Source: Caecitellus pseudoparvulus (lineage: Eukaryota; Protista; Bigyra: Bicosoecida). Taken from it: a DNA stretch of 43,361 nt. The stretch is taken from assembly GCA_965644315.1 (NCBI GenBank), contig CBFFRQ010000122.1, positions 1-43,361 on the forward strand. The letters are read 5' to 3'. Under the pieces are notes generated by a model. It was not told the origin of the DNA. It made no database searches and saw only the letters and a list, made by a program, of their open reading frames with translations. Numbering within the stretch: the first letter of the stretch is position 1; the number at the start of each line of letters is the position of its first letter. Positions 12,128 to 23,071 of the stretch are shown piece by piece. Made by a program: the position numbers and the translations under genes.

Positions 12128-13578
12128 ATGGCCGGCAAAGCCTTGAAGGTGCGTGCAAGGGCGTGCGTGCTTGACGTCTTGGGCCTTTCCACGCACACTT
12201 TTCCATGTTCCATCCTTCCAGGCTGTTCGGGGCATGCAGGACCTGCATGGGGTTGCTGCAGGGCGTTTCGACGCTGCGCTGGCTGCGATGACGGGCGTAC
12301 TGCGCAGCTGTGGCTTTGCGCGCGTGCACACGCCCATCGTGGAGCACCGCGCGACCTTCACTCGCAGCCTGGGGGCTGAGACTGACATCATCTCCAAGGT
12401 GGGCCCTGCCCCTGCCGCGCCGCGCACGCTGCAGCGCAGCACTCGCCCGCCCTGCCTGCACAGGAGATGTACAGCGTGGGCGGCAGTTCAGAGGAGTTGG
12501 TGCTGCGGCCTGAGGGCACGGCTGCGGTCCTGCGCGCGCATTTGGGAGGGGGCGGGCACCGTGGTGGCGTGGCGCGATCGTATTACGCAGGGCCCATGTT
12601 CCGCCACGAGCGCCCCCAAGCAGGGCGTCTCCGGCAATTCACACAAGTGGGCGCAGAGGTGCTGGGCGCAGCGGGGCCGGGGGTGGACGCAGAGGTCATT
12701 GGCACAGCGTGGAGGAGCGTGCGGTGCGCCCTGGACACTCTGGCGGGGGGCGCCGCACCGCCAGTGGAGGTTCTGGTGAACTCCCTCGGAACAGCGCAGG
12801 AGCGGCAGTCGTACACGGCAGACTTGGCGGTGTACTTGGCGGCGCACGCAGAGGCGCTGTCCCCTGGCTCCCGTGCCAAGCTGCAGTCTGGGCACGTGCT
12901 GGGCGTGCTGGACAGTAAGGCGCCCCAAGACGCCTCAGTGCTGGAGCACGCACCCATGCTGCCGCAGCACTGGGGCGCGGACACTTCTGCCGAGTGGGAG
13001 CAGTTGACAGGCACACTGCAGCGGTGGGGAGTGCCCTTCCGCCACACGCCTGGCCTGGTGCGGGGCCTGGACTACTACAACGGCACGGCCTTCGAGGTGG
13101 TGGTGGCGGGTGGCAGTGGCCGCGCACTCACCCTCGCTGGTGGGGGGCGCTACGACGCCCTGGCCACGGCGCTGGGGGCGCGGGCGCCCCTGCCAGCTGT
13201 CGGGTGGGCGGCGGGGCTGGAGCGCCTGCTGGCGCTGACTGGCGGCGCAGAGAACGACGCCCCCCCCACTCCACACCCCTCATCACCGTCACCCCCCTGG
13301 AAGCGGCACCTGACGTGCTGGCCCTGGCACAGGACGCTGCCTTTGCCCTGCAGGGCGTCGCTGCCCAGCACGGGTGGCGCGTTGTGGCCCCAGTCACCGC
13401 CCGCAAGGCGCCCAAGGCCATCGCTGCCGCCGCCTCCGCTGGCGCCTCCGTGGCTGTGTTGGTGGGGCAGGCTGAGGCGGCAGTGGGGAGTGTCGCCTTG
13501 CGGCACTTGCATTCCAGACAGCAGGTGACAGTGCCAGTGCACGAAGCAGAGGAGTCGCTGCAGCGCCTGCTGCGGTAG
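12128..13578 (+). CDS. hisS: Histidyl-tRNA synthetase, bacterial/organellar type (apparent 1-nt frameshift at C8 run 13260-13267)
   Basis: Exons 12128-12148, 12222-12398, 12464 onward. Motifs AVRGMQD, TDIISKEMY, LRPEGTA, GPMFRHERPQAGRLRQFTQ, LVRGLDYY, GGGRYD, GLERL. The anticodon-binding domain continues in the shifted frame to the stop at 13578. Confidence 0.93.
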
Positions 13579-13598
13579 TGGGCCGGCAGCACCTCCCG

Positions 13599-15063
13599 TC
13601 AGCTGTCTGCAGCGGGCGGCGTCGCTGGTGGCGCGGGGGGGGGCGGCGCCCACAGCGCCACGGAGCTGTCTGCAGACGCGATGAGGGCGCAGGAGGGGTG
13701 CATGGCCACCGCTGTGACGGGGCCGCTGTGCTTGGCCAGCTCGCTGATGGTGAGCTTGGGGTCCACGCTGACGCCTGCGGGGGAGAGATGGCCGACGCCT
13801 CCGCCCCCAGCGGGTACGCCGTGGGGGTCCACTTCTTGAGCTCTTGCCTGTACTCCACGTTGGCGAAGGTTTGGGCGGCCAACTCGTCGGCAGTCGGCGC
13901 CTGGGGCATCTCGTGCATGTCGTACGCCCACACCCGCCCCTGCTCATTCCCCGTGACCAGGAAGCGGCTGTCGGGCGTCATGACGCAGCCGCTGCCCGCC
14001 AGGCCGTGCGTGGAGGCGACGGTGACCTCAGGCAGGGCGTCCTTCGGGTCCTCGCACGGCGACGCGTCCAGAACAATGCAGCCGTGTTGCTCACAGGCGG
14101 CGACGAGGAAGCGGTTGTCGGCAGAGAAGGCCAGCCCCTGGAAGTGCAGGGGGCGGTGGGGGGAGGAGGCCACGCGGCTGCCGCCCTCCCGTGTGGCGAT
14201 GCGGCGCGAGGCGAAGGGCGCGTGGGCGTTGCGTGCGTCGAACAAGGACACGGTGTGGTCGGGGCTGGCCACGGCGAACACTTGCCCGGAGGGGTCCACC
14301 CCCACGCTGCCACGCCCCAGCACGCCACTGGTGACCTTCTTGCCGCGCGCCGCCTCCACGTACTTGTTCAGGCTGCCATCGGGCAGGGTGGGGGAGGGGT
14401 ACGCCAGCATGCCGGTGTGGGCGCAGTTGGGGCTGCGCACGTCCCACAGGCGGAAGGTGCCGTCCAGGCTGGAGGTGAGAAAGGTGTCGCTGCCAGGTCG
14501 CATGGCGATGTCCGTCACCGTCGCGACGTGCCCCTTGAAGATGCGCACGACCTTGTTCTCGTACAGGCTGTGGTACATGAGCATGCCTGCCCAGCAGCGG
14601 TGCGAGGAGGGCGTGTGAAGCACAGCAGGTGCTTGGAGCAGCCAGTGCTTTGCACGCACCTTGCGCACGAGCGCTGTTGGTGCCGTCGTACCGCCCCGCA
14701 AAGAGGACGAACTGGGAGTGGTGTGTGAACGTCACTGCCTGGCAGCCTGATGCCTTGAAACTGTACACTGCTTCCGGCTTGCCTGTGCGTGGGCGTGGGA
14801 TGAGTGCTTGGCCTGGCCGAATTTCCGCACGCTGCCCCGCCTTCCCGCGCACCGTCAGAGCTGCGAATGACCTGCACGGTGCGATCGTTGAAAGAGCCGG
14901 CCAAGTACATGCCATCATCGCTGAAGCTGAGCTTGTTGCAGCGCCGGTCCTGCGCCTGCTCCGCCTTCAGCTTGCCATTGCCGGCGTTGTGCAGGACAGC
15001 CGACGGCAGGAAGCTGCCTAGCAGCGCAGGGGTCAGGGTGACCGGCCCGCTGGACGCCGCCAT
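13599..15063 (-). CDS. WDR82: WD repeat protein WDR82/SWD2 (COMPASS / termination factor); apparent 1-nt frameshift near 13780-13810
   Basis: Exons 15063-14853, 14782-14660, 14586 onward. Motifs FTHHSQ, YHSLYENKVVRIFKGH, DTFLTSSLDGTFRLWDVRS, DPSGQVFAVA, LFDAR..PF, TPDSRFLVTG; C-terminal ASADSSVALW in the shifted frame. Alternative ATG at 15072. Confidence 0.85.
14821..14829 (-). promoter_or_regulatory. Recurrent TGCGGAAAT motif, WDR82 intron 1
   Basis: ATTTCCGCA on the + strand, inside intron 14852-14783. Confidence 0.5.
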
Positions 15064-15159
15064 GCCTGCCATGGAGCGTGAAGTGTGCGGCACGGGGCGG
15101 AGTGGCGCCGGCGGCAGGCTCGCTTGGGCAGTGCATTTTGAAGGGGCCGTGGCAGTGTC

Positions 15160-17350
15160 TCATTTCTTGCTCGCGGCAGCAGCGGCAGCCGCGTCTAGGA
15201 CAGAGTTCACCTTTGCGATGAGGGTGGCGACGACGTCGCTGTCTGCCAGCGTCGTGATGTCGCCCAGCTGGTCCGCCTCGCGGGAGGCGATCTTGCGCAG
15301 CACCCGGCGCATGATCTTACCCGAGCGAGTCTTGGGCAGGGCCTGCGTCAGGACGATGTGGTCTGGCGTGGCGAAGGGGCCGATGCCCTTGCGCACCTGC
15401 AGGCGCAGCTCGGACAGCAGGCCTGGCGTCTCCTGCACGCCCTCCACCGGCGTCACGTAGCAGCAAATGCCCTCGCCCTTGGTGCTGTGCGGGAAGCCAA
15501 TCACCGCCGCCTCAGCCACGCTGTCGTGCTCCACCAGCACAGACTCGATTTCAGCGCTGCCCAGGCGGTGCCCTGACACGTTCAGCACGTCGTCCACCCG
15601 CCCCGTGATCCACAGGTACCCGTCCTTGTCCCTGTACCCGCCGTCCCCCGTGAAGTAGTACCCCGGGAACGGCTTCATGTACGTGTTCAAGTACCGCTGG
15701 TGGTCGCCGTACACGGTACGCGCCATGCCTGGCCAGATGCCTTTGACACACACCATGCCAGCCACGCTGTTACCCTGCAACTCCGCGCCCTCCTTGCTCA
15801 GCAGTGCGATGTCGATGCCAAAGAAGGGCAGCGTGGCGCTGCCGGCCTTGGTGGGGGTGGCACCGGGCAGAGGCGTCACGATGATGCCGCCCGTCTCTGT
15901 CTGCCAGTACGTGTCCACGATGGCGCACTTGCCGCCACCGACGTGGCTGTGGTACCACCTCCACGCCTCTGGGTTGATGGGCTCCCCCACGCTGCCCAGC
16001 ACACGGAGAGAGGAGAGGTCTTTGCCCTCCAGGGGCTGCGTGCCGAAACGCATGAGGGCGCGGATGGCGGTGGGCGCCGTGTAGAACTGCGTCACCTTGT
16101 ACTGCTGCACGAGGTCCCAGTACCGGCTGGGGCTGGGGTACGTCGGCGTGCTCTCGAACATGAGCGTGGTGGCGCCGTTGGCCAGGGGGCCATACACGAT
16201 GTAGGAGTGCCCAGTAATCCAGCCACAGTCCGCCACGCACGCATACACGTCTCCTGGGCGCACGTCGAAGACGTACTTGTGCGTGAGCATGGCGTACAGG
16301 ATGTACCCCGCCTGGGTGTGGGCGACGCCCTTGGGCTTGCCAGTGGAGCCTGACGTGTACAGCAGGAACAGGGGGTCCTCCGCATCCATGGTGACGGGGG
16401 CGCAGTACGGCCGCGCCTTGGGCAGCTCCTCGCTCATCTTCACGTCCTTGGCGCCGTAGGACACCAGGTGGCTGCCCGTGTGCTGGTACACAAACACCTG
16501 CTCAATGCAGGCACACGCCGCCACCGCCGCGTCACAAGTCGCCTTCAGGGGGATCGTGCGCCCTCCCCGCTTGCCCTCGTCTGCCGTCATGAGCCAGCGA
16601 CACTTGGCGTCCAGGATGCGGTCCCGCAAGCTGTCGGCGCTGAAACCAGCGAACACGACCGAGTGCACTGCGCCGATGCGCGCACAGGCCAGCATGGCAA
16701 AGGCGAGGTCGGGGATCATGGGCATGTAGATGGCCACCGTGTCGCCCTTGCGCACGCCGTGCGCCAGCAGCGTGTTGGCCACCTTGCACGTCTCGGCCAG
16801 CACTTGCTTGTACGTGAAGGTGCGGCTGGTGCCGGGCTCATCCCCCTCGTGGATGATGGCCACCTGGTCCCCCCGGTCGGCCAAGTGCCGGTCGATGCAC
16901 TGGTGCGACACGTTCAACTGCCCACCTGCAGGAGGATGGCGAGCGTGGCATGCGCCTGGGTGCAGCACTGGGGCGCGGCGCTGGCCGCCTCACCTTCGAA
17001 CCAGCGCACGTCGCCCTCCATGAAGCTGCCGCCGCACGTGTCGGTGAAGTCACGGAACCAGAACAGGTTCTCGCGCGCCATGCGGGCCCAAAAGCCGGAG
17101 GGATCCGTCACGCTCTCGGCCCACAATGCCTTGTACTCCTCCATGCTCTGGGCGGTGGGCGAAGGTGTGTGAGACGGCTGCAGCGGCGTGGTGGCAGGCG
17201 GCGGCAGCACCTCACTTGAATGTGCGCACCCTCCTGCGCGTGGGGAGGAACGGCATACTTCACTGCACCATCACGCTCGTCAATGTCTCCGTCGTCCACC
17301 CGGGCCTTCTTGGCGGGGCTCTCCGCAGTGTCAGTCGCAATCGCTGCCAT
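15160..17350 (-). CDS. ACS: Acetyl-CoA synthetase (AMP-forming)
   Basis: Exons 17350-17216, 17147-16994, 16925-15160. Motifs YTSGSTGKPKG, DCGWITGHSY, DTYWQTETG, GRVDDV, LPKTRSGKIMRR. Confidence 0.97.
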
Positions 17351-17755
17351 GCTTGCTGTCCAGCGTCCAGGTGCACTGCACCTCTGCCGGCTGCTGGCCT
17401 TTCACTGGGCAGGTGGGAAAGGGAGGTGGGCTAAGTTGCGCTGCGGTGAATTGAATCCAGGAACTGGCCTGCTTGGAACGGCTTCTGTCTCCCTGCCCAC
17501 GCCTCCTCCCGCTCCGGGGGCGCCAGCCACCCCTGCAAGGCCAGCCAGCCCGGCTGCGTTGCGGCGGGGTGGACGGCGAGAGTTGCAGGAGCACAGAATG
17601 TGAACCTTGCCAAAGCCAAAACACCTCACAGCCACTAATGCAGCGCGCACGCAATAGGTGCAGATAGAGTCCCTTATTTTAGGCTTCCACAGCCGCCAAC
17701 GCCGCGTCGCCGTGCCGTTGCAAGGCGAGGAGCATCGCTCCTCAGCACCAACAGC

Positions 17756-18523
17756 ATGCGGATTTTGAGCATTTTGCTGGGTGCCGCAGTGGTCGCCCTG
17801 CTCGCGAGCCCCACCGTGTTAGCACGGGATGACCAAACCGACCATGTACATGCTGCATGTCTGCGTGCCTGTGTCCCCCCCACAGTGGCCGAGTCTCGCA
17901 AGTACCACTGCAAGAAGTTCGTGAAGGTGAGGCAGAAGTCTGCGCAGTGAAACGCGCCATGCAGCGATGTCAAGCAGCGAGCATTGCCCCACTTCGCAGA
18001 CTCGGCCAACTCCAAAAGTATGTGATGCACTGGAGCTTTGCGCGCACTCACCCTCGCACACTGCCCGACGTGGCGCCGCCCGGCACAGGTGTTTCGCATT
18101 TGTGACTTGGCCATGCGCAAGACATTCTCCACTGCCTGCGCCAATGCTTGCAACCGTGGCGCTGCCGCCTGTGAAGACTACAAGTCCACCAGTGCGTACG
18201 CTGCATTGGAGGAGACGACCTGCAAGCAGTACGAGTACGTGCTGCCGAGGCCAACTATGAAGAACGTCTGCCGTGCTGGCTTCAAGATGGGCGGCTCCCT
18301 CGGGTGTGAGACTGGTGCGCGGGCACTGGCAGACGCCATGGCGGAGGAGGACGCCGCAGCCATGGCAGCCGCGTTCGAGGAGGAGGTGGGCAGTGATGCC
18401 AGCGCTGACGCTGAGCCGCTGGAGGACGAAGAGGCCGCCCTCGCAGCAAAGGGCGTCGATGAGGGAGTCAAGATTCAAGAGGAGGCGTCCCTGGAGGGCT
18501 CTGCAGAGGAAGAACACCCGTGA
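17756..18523 (+). CDS. Secreted cysteine-rich protein with acidic tail, unknown function
   Basis: Signal peptide MRILSILLGAAVVALLASPTVLA. Exons 17756-17926, 18000-18017 (18 nt), 18089-18523; all junctions phase 0 with GT-AG sites. Confidence 0.75.
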
Positions 18524-18774
18524 ATACAGAGGAGGGCTGTCATTCGCAGTGGGAATCAAAAATACATGGCCCGATTTGCTACAAATCTCTCATCAATATT
18601 GCTTCTGACAATTGGATTGGCGTTTTCGTTTCGTTTTCAGCGATTGCATAGCCTACCGGCGAGTAAATTACCCTGAGTATAGTCGCAGGGAGGTGTACTG
18701 CGCACTCTTCAGCTATTTGTTTGTCTTTGCGGCCCAGGCGGTGTCGCCCTTGAGAGTGCCGTGCATAGGTGGTC

Positions 18775-20320
18775 ATGGTTGGAGCAGGCAGATTCCTGTC
18801 TGCACTGTTGTGCCTTGCGGCAGCCTCCTTGCTGTGGCGGGGAGGCTCTGCACAGTACCCAGTGCCAGACTCCCTCATTGAGTGTCCTGCGAATTTGACG
18901 TTCCCCGACACTCGTGTGGACACGACTGCGCTGCGCTTGGCCACGTGGAATATGGAGTGGTGAGTTGCGGAAATCGGCCGCTGCACCTGGTTGCACCAGG
19001 CTCGTCATGCAGGCTGCAGGGCACGTACGGGGTGCTCCACACAGGTTTTACGACGACAAGCCCCCCTACGCAAACCGGGGCCCTCCCAATGACGCAGCGC
19101 TTCAAGAGCGCATCAACAATTTCACGGAGGTCATGGGGCAGCTGCAGGCCGACGTGTGGAACCTGAACGAAATCGAAGGGTGCTTCATGCTGAACCGCCT
19201 CTTCAACGGCAGCAGTCCCGCCCTGCCGCCCGTGTACTCCGTCGCTGTGGGGCGCAGCGACGACACGGGCACGGGGCAGCACTTGGGCCTGCTCAGCCGG
19301 GTTCCCTTCACGGCGCCGCTGGCCTTCTCCACCGCCCGCGCCGACATCCCCCTGAACGACTCCCGCTGCGGCTGGGTGGGCAGCAAGACGACGGGCGCCA
19401 GCAAGCACTACGTGGCTCAGGTGTCTGCTCCCCCCTTCGGCACCATCATCCTGGGCGGCGTGCACTTCAAGTCTGCCCCCAACGACCCCCCCTCCTGCGC
19501 CCAACGTGAGGGCCAAGCACAGGTGTTTGTGAACGCCGTGCAAGCAGCGCTGGACGCCGTGAGCGGCCCTGCCCACGTCGTGGTCTTTGGCGACTTCAAC
19601 GACTTCAGCAACGCCGTGCCTGACGTCAGCGGCAGCCAGGCCAACTCTCGTGTTCTGGAGTGGGTCACGCGGCGCCTGGATCTGCGGGCCGTCGCACACA
19701 CCGTGCCACAGGACGACAGGCACACGTGGGGCCCTAGCTCCTCCTTCCCGGCGTCGCAGCTGGACCACATGCTGGTGTCGCCGTCACTCTTCCGGCACCT
19801 GGCCAGCGTGGACATCTACCGTAACGCCAGCACCTTCCCCAGCCTCAGCGACCACGCCCCCATCATCGCCACCTTCACACACAGCGCCAACCGCACGGTC
19901 CCTGACCTGCCCTCTGCCTGTGCCTTTCTGCCCTTCAGCCCACCCTCCTGTGGCTGTGCCCCCGCCCCAGCCTGCTCCCCCAGTGCAGCCCCCTCTCCAG
20001 ACGCCTCCCCCTCACCGCCCGCCACCCCCAGCGCATCCCCCTCCACCTCCCCAGCAGCACCCAGCGGCGGCAGCAGTGGCAAGGGCCCCGACGCTGGGGG
20101 TGTGTCTCCCGGTGCCACAGGCGGCATCGCCGTGGGCACGTTCCTCGTCGGCTTGGCGGTGGGGTGGCTCGTGCACATGTTCTGCAGTCCCCGCCGCTCG
20201 GGACCACCCCGCACCAAACTGCCCGACACCTACCAAGGCATGGAGGCGGGCGGGGGGTGCCAAGGGCGCTCCTCCTCTGCGGCCCGCTCCGACCGCGTGG
20301 AGCTGGCACAGCAAGCGTGA
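18775..20320 (+). CDS. Type I membrane endonuclease/exonuclease/phosphatase (EEP) family protein
   Basis: Exons 18775-18959 and 19045-20320. Signal peptide, ATWNMEWFYD, LNEIE, GVHFKS, GDFND, LDHMLVS, SDHAP, Pro/Ser stalk, TM helix GIAVGTFLVGLAVGWLV. Confidence 0.88.
18966..18974 (+). promoter_or_regulatory. Recurrent TGCGGAAAT motif, EEP intron 1
   Basis: Exact 9-mer just after the 5' splice site at 18960. Confidence 0.5.
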
Positions 20321-20417
20321 GGGGACTGCACTGCCCGGCCAATGCAAGTAAGTGTGCTGCTGCAGAGGGTTGCGGCGTCGTCGTGAGCCGTGCATTGGTG
20401 CGGCGACGGCAGCCGCC

Positions 20418-21977
20418 TCATCGGACCCACCCCCCATTGCCCTTCGTGATGCTCCTGAGGCTGTCCAAAGCCTCGTCGTCGCCGCCTGCCATGACGGGGT
20501 TGCCCTTCAGCATGACGCGGTAAATGGTGGGGATCTGCAGCAGCACCGGCGGCAGGGTTGTCAAGGCATTGCCGTTGGCCAGCACAGTCTTGAGGCGAGT
20601 GCAGGATGCCAGGCCAGCCGGCAAGGTGGTCAGCTGGTTGGCGCCGACGTTGAGGATTTCCAGCGCTGCCATGGCGCCGATGCCTTCTGGCAGGGCGGTG
20701 AGTTTGTTCCCCTTCAAGTTCAACGTCGTGACGGCGGTGAGCGGAGCCAGGCGCGCGTCAGGCACCTCTGCCAGCTGGCAGGAGTTCTGCAGGGGGGGTG
20801 CAGACCGCGTTTCGTGCAGTGTGCGGGAGTTTGGCGGTACAGGGGCGCCATGGGGCGACGACGCACCATGTCCAACATCTTCAGCGCCGGCGCGGCTGAG
20901 CCCAAGTCAGGCAGCTCCGTGAGGGGGTTCTGGTGCAGCTGCAGCTGCTCCAGCGTCGCGGCAGGGCCAGCAAGGGACGGCAGCATGACCATGGTGTTCC
21001 TGCACAGGCGGTGGTCAGTGTGTGGGGCGGTGCAGGGCTGCGGCTCGGCGTGTGGCGGGTGCACCTACGCAAAGGCTGCAATGCGCGTGACTGCCGTCCA
21101 TTGCGACAGGTCCGGCAGTGTCTTGAGCCGGTTGTCCGCGACATTGAAGTCCAGCATGGCAGTGCACTTGGAAATGGACGCTGGCAGGCGGATGAGGGAG
21201 TTGTTGAAGAAGTTTGCTTCTTGCAGGTGGGTGAGGCTGCCGATGTCCTCGGGCAGCGCCTTGAGCTCGTTTTTGAAGGCTATGAGGACGCTCAGGCTCG
21301 TGCAGCCACAGAGGGAGTCTGGCAGACTGGTCAGGCTGTTCTCACTGACATCCAGGCGCTCCTGCGTTGAGTTGAGGGGGTGGGCCGGGTGTCGGTGTGG
21401 CGCAGCAAGTGAGGTGCAGTGCCGCAGCAGCAGCAAGCCGCGGAGGCCAGCTGCCCTGCAACTAGTTGCGGACACGGTGAGCGGCAGCCCGCCACGGAGC
21501 CACCTCCACAGCGACTCATTAAGGCCACAGAGCGGCCTGTCTTCAGGCTGCGCCTGCAGCCTCGCCTGTCCCCGGCCTGGACACAAAGGCACGCACCAGG
21601 AGAGGGAAAACGCTCCCCAGCTCGGCCGGCAGCTCTGTGAGGAGGTTTTCGCTGGCATCCAGCTCCGTGAGGGCGCTGAACACAAGCAGCTCAGGGGGAA
21701 ACGCCGCGAACTTCTGCCCCTTGATGCTGAGCTTGCGCACAGCGCTGACGTCGGCGCCTTGCAGTGCGCTCAAATCCTCCAAGCTCACGCCGCTGGCCGC
21801 TGACAAGTCCAGATCCCCTCCTGCCTGCGCGGCTTCCAGCGCAGAGGCGAGCTTAGAGGCGCCTCCCGACCCACTGGCTGCCGGCTGGGCGGTGTCCTGT
21901 GCAGGGTTCTTGACAGAGGTGCCCACGCCGACAGTGCTGCTGTCTGCTGTGGCAGCCTTGGAGCTGCCACAGCCCAT
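20418..21977 (-). CDS. Leucine-rich repeat protein with N-terminal MGCGSSK acylation motif
   Basis: Exons 21977-21597, 21361-21069, 20999-20867, 20786-20418. Continuous LxxLxxxxNxLxxLP repeats across all junctions. Confidence 0.88.
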
Positions 21978-22124
21978 TGTGCCGGGAGCAAAAACCGCAG
22001 GTGGCCGCCGGCGCACTCGCGGCAGACTCGCACAATGCAAGCGATAGCGAAGACGAGCTGCTCCTCGCACATGCACACAGTTGACTGATTTGACGTTGAG
22101 AGACCCACCCGTACCGCGGCAGCC

Positions 22125-22877
22125 ATGTACAGGGGCCGTGGAGGTGGGCGAGGCGGCCGAGGCGGAGGCCGGGGGCGTGGGCGTGGGCGTGGCGGCGGCC
22201 GCGGGGGCTTTGGTGGCCGTGGGGGCTACGATCAGGGCCCTCCTGAGTATGTTGAGGGTGCGTGTGCTCGCGTGCTGGGCGCGTGGCGCGGGCGGGCGCC
22301 GGTGAGCTGCAGCTGCTGCACGCGTTGAATTTCCGCACTCCGCAGAGGTTGGCGAGTACCAGCACGAAGCGGAGGGCGAGATGGTGTGCAACAGCACTCA
22401 CGAGAAGGTGCCCTACTTCAACGCGTACATCTTCCTGGAGAACAAGACCCAGATTGGCAAGGTGGAGGAGGTCTTCGGCCCCACCACACAGGTGGTGCGT
22501 GTTCCCGCCTGCTGGTGTGCCAGCCTTTGGACCTCACCCGACCCGTCTCCCACCCCTCGCCGCAGATGTTCACCGTCAAGTGCTCCAACGGCGTCGTCGC
22601 GTCCTCCTTCAAGAAGGGTGACAAGGTGTACATTGCCCCCGACAAGCTCCTGCCCATGTCTCGCTTCCTGCCCCAGCCCAAGGGCAGTGGTGGCTCCAAG
22701 GGCCGCGGTGGTGGTCGCGGTGGTCGCGGAGGTGGTCGCGGTGGAGGTCGCGGCCGTGGTGGTCGTGGTGGCGGCTTTGGTGGCCGTGGTCGCGGTGGCT
22801 TCGGTGGGGGGCGCGGTGGTGGCCGCGGGCGGGGTGGTGGCTTCGGCGGCCGTGGCCGTGGTCGAGGCCGCTACTAA
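22125..22877 (+). CDS. GAR1: H/ACA snoRNP subunit GAR1
   Basis: Exons 22125-22257, 22346-22494, 22566-22877. RGG-rich termini flank the core DQGPPEYV...[24 protein letters not shown]...[10 protein letters not shown]. Confidence 0.96.
22329..22337 (-). promoter_or_regulatory. Recurrent TGCGGAAAT motif, GAR1 intron 1 (antisense orientation)
   Basis: ATTTCCGCA inside intron 22258-22345. Confidence 0.5.
22700..22874 (+). repeat. GGT/CGC low-complexity repeat encoding the RGG box of GAR1
   Basis: Tandem ggtggtcgc-like units. A similar tract lies at about 22130-22230. Confidence 0.85.
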
Positions 22878-23071
22878 GCCCCCCCCCTCCACCTCCCAAG
22901 CACAGTGTGCCGCAGACCCTCCCGTCAGGGTGGTTGAGCACCCCAAGCCACTCGCCAGGCACACGGGAACGACGGCCACACACGCCGCAGTGGCTTCCCA
23001 CCCCCCCTGTGGCAAGGCCACAGTGGCTCTCTGCCTGCCCAGCTGAAGAATGCACCGCCCTCGCGCCCTGC

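Noticed and set aside
13775-13860. Possible intron explaining the WDR82 frame change (CCCCGCAG acceptor-like site)
   Set aside because: The nearby GT donors are phase 0 or 2 but phase 1 is required, so a 1-nt indel is simpler.
15160-15175. ACS C-terminal SKK as a peroxisomal PTS1
   Set aside because: The terminal Lys does not fit the SKL-type consensus.
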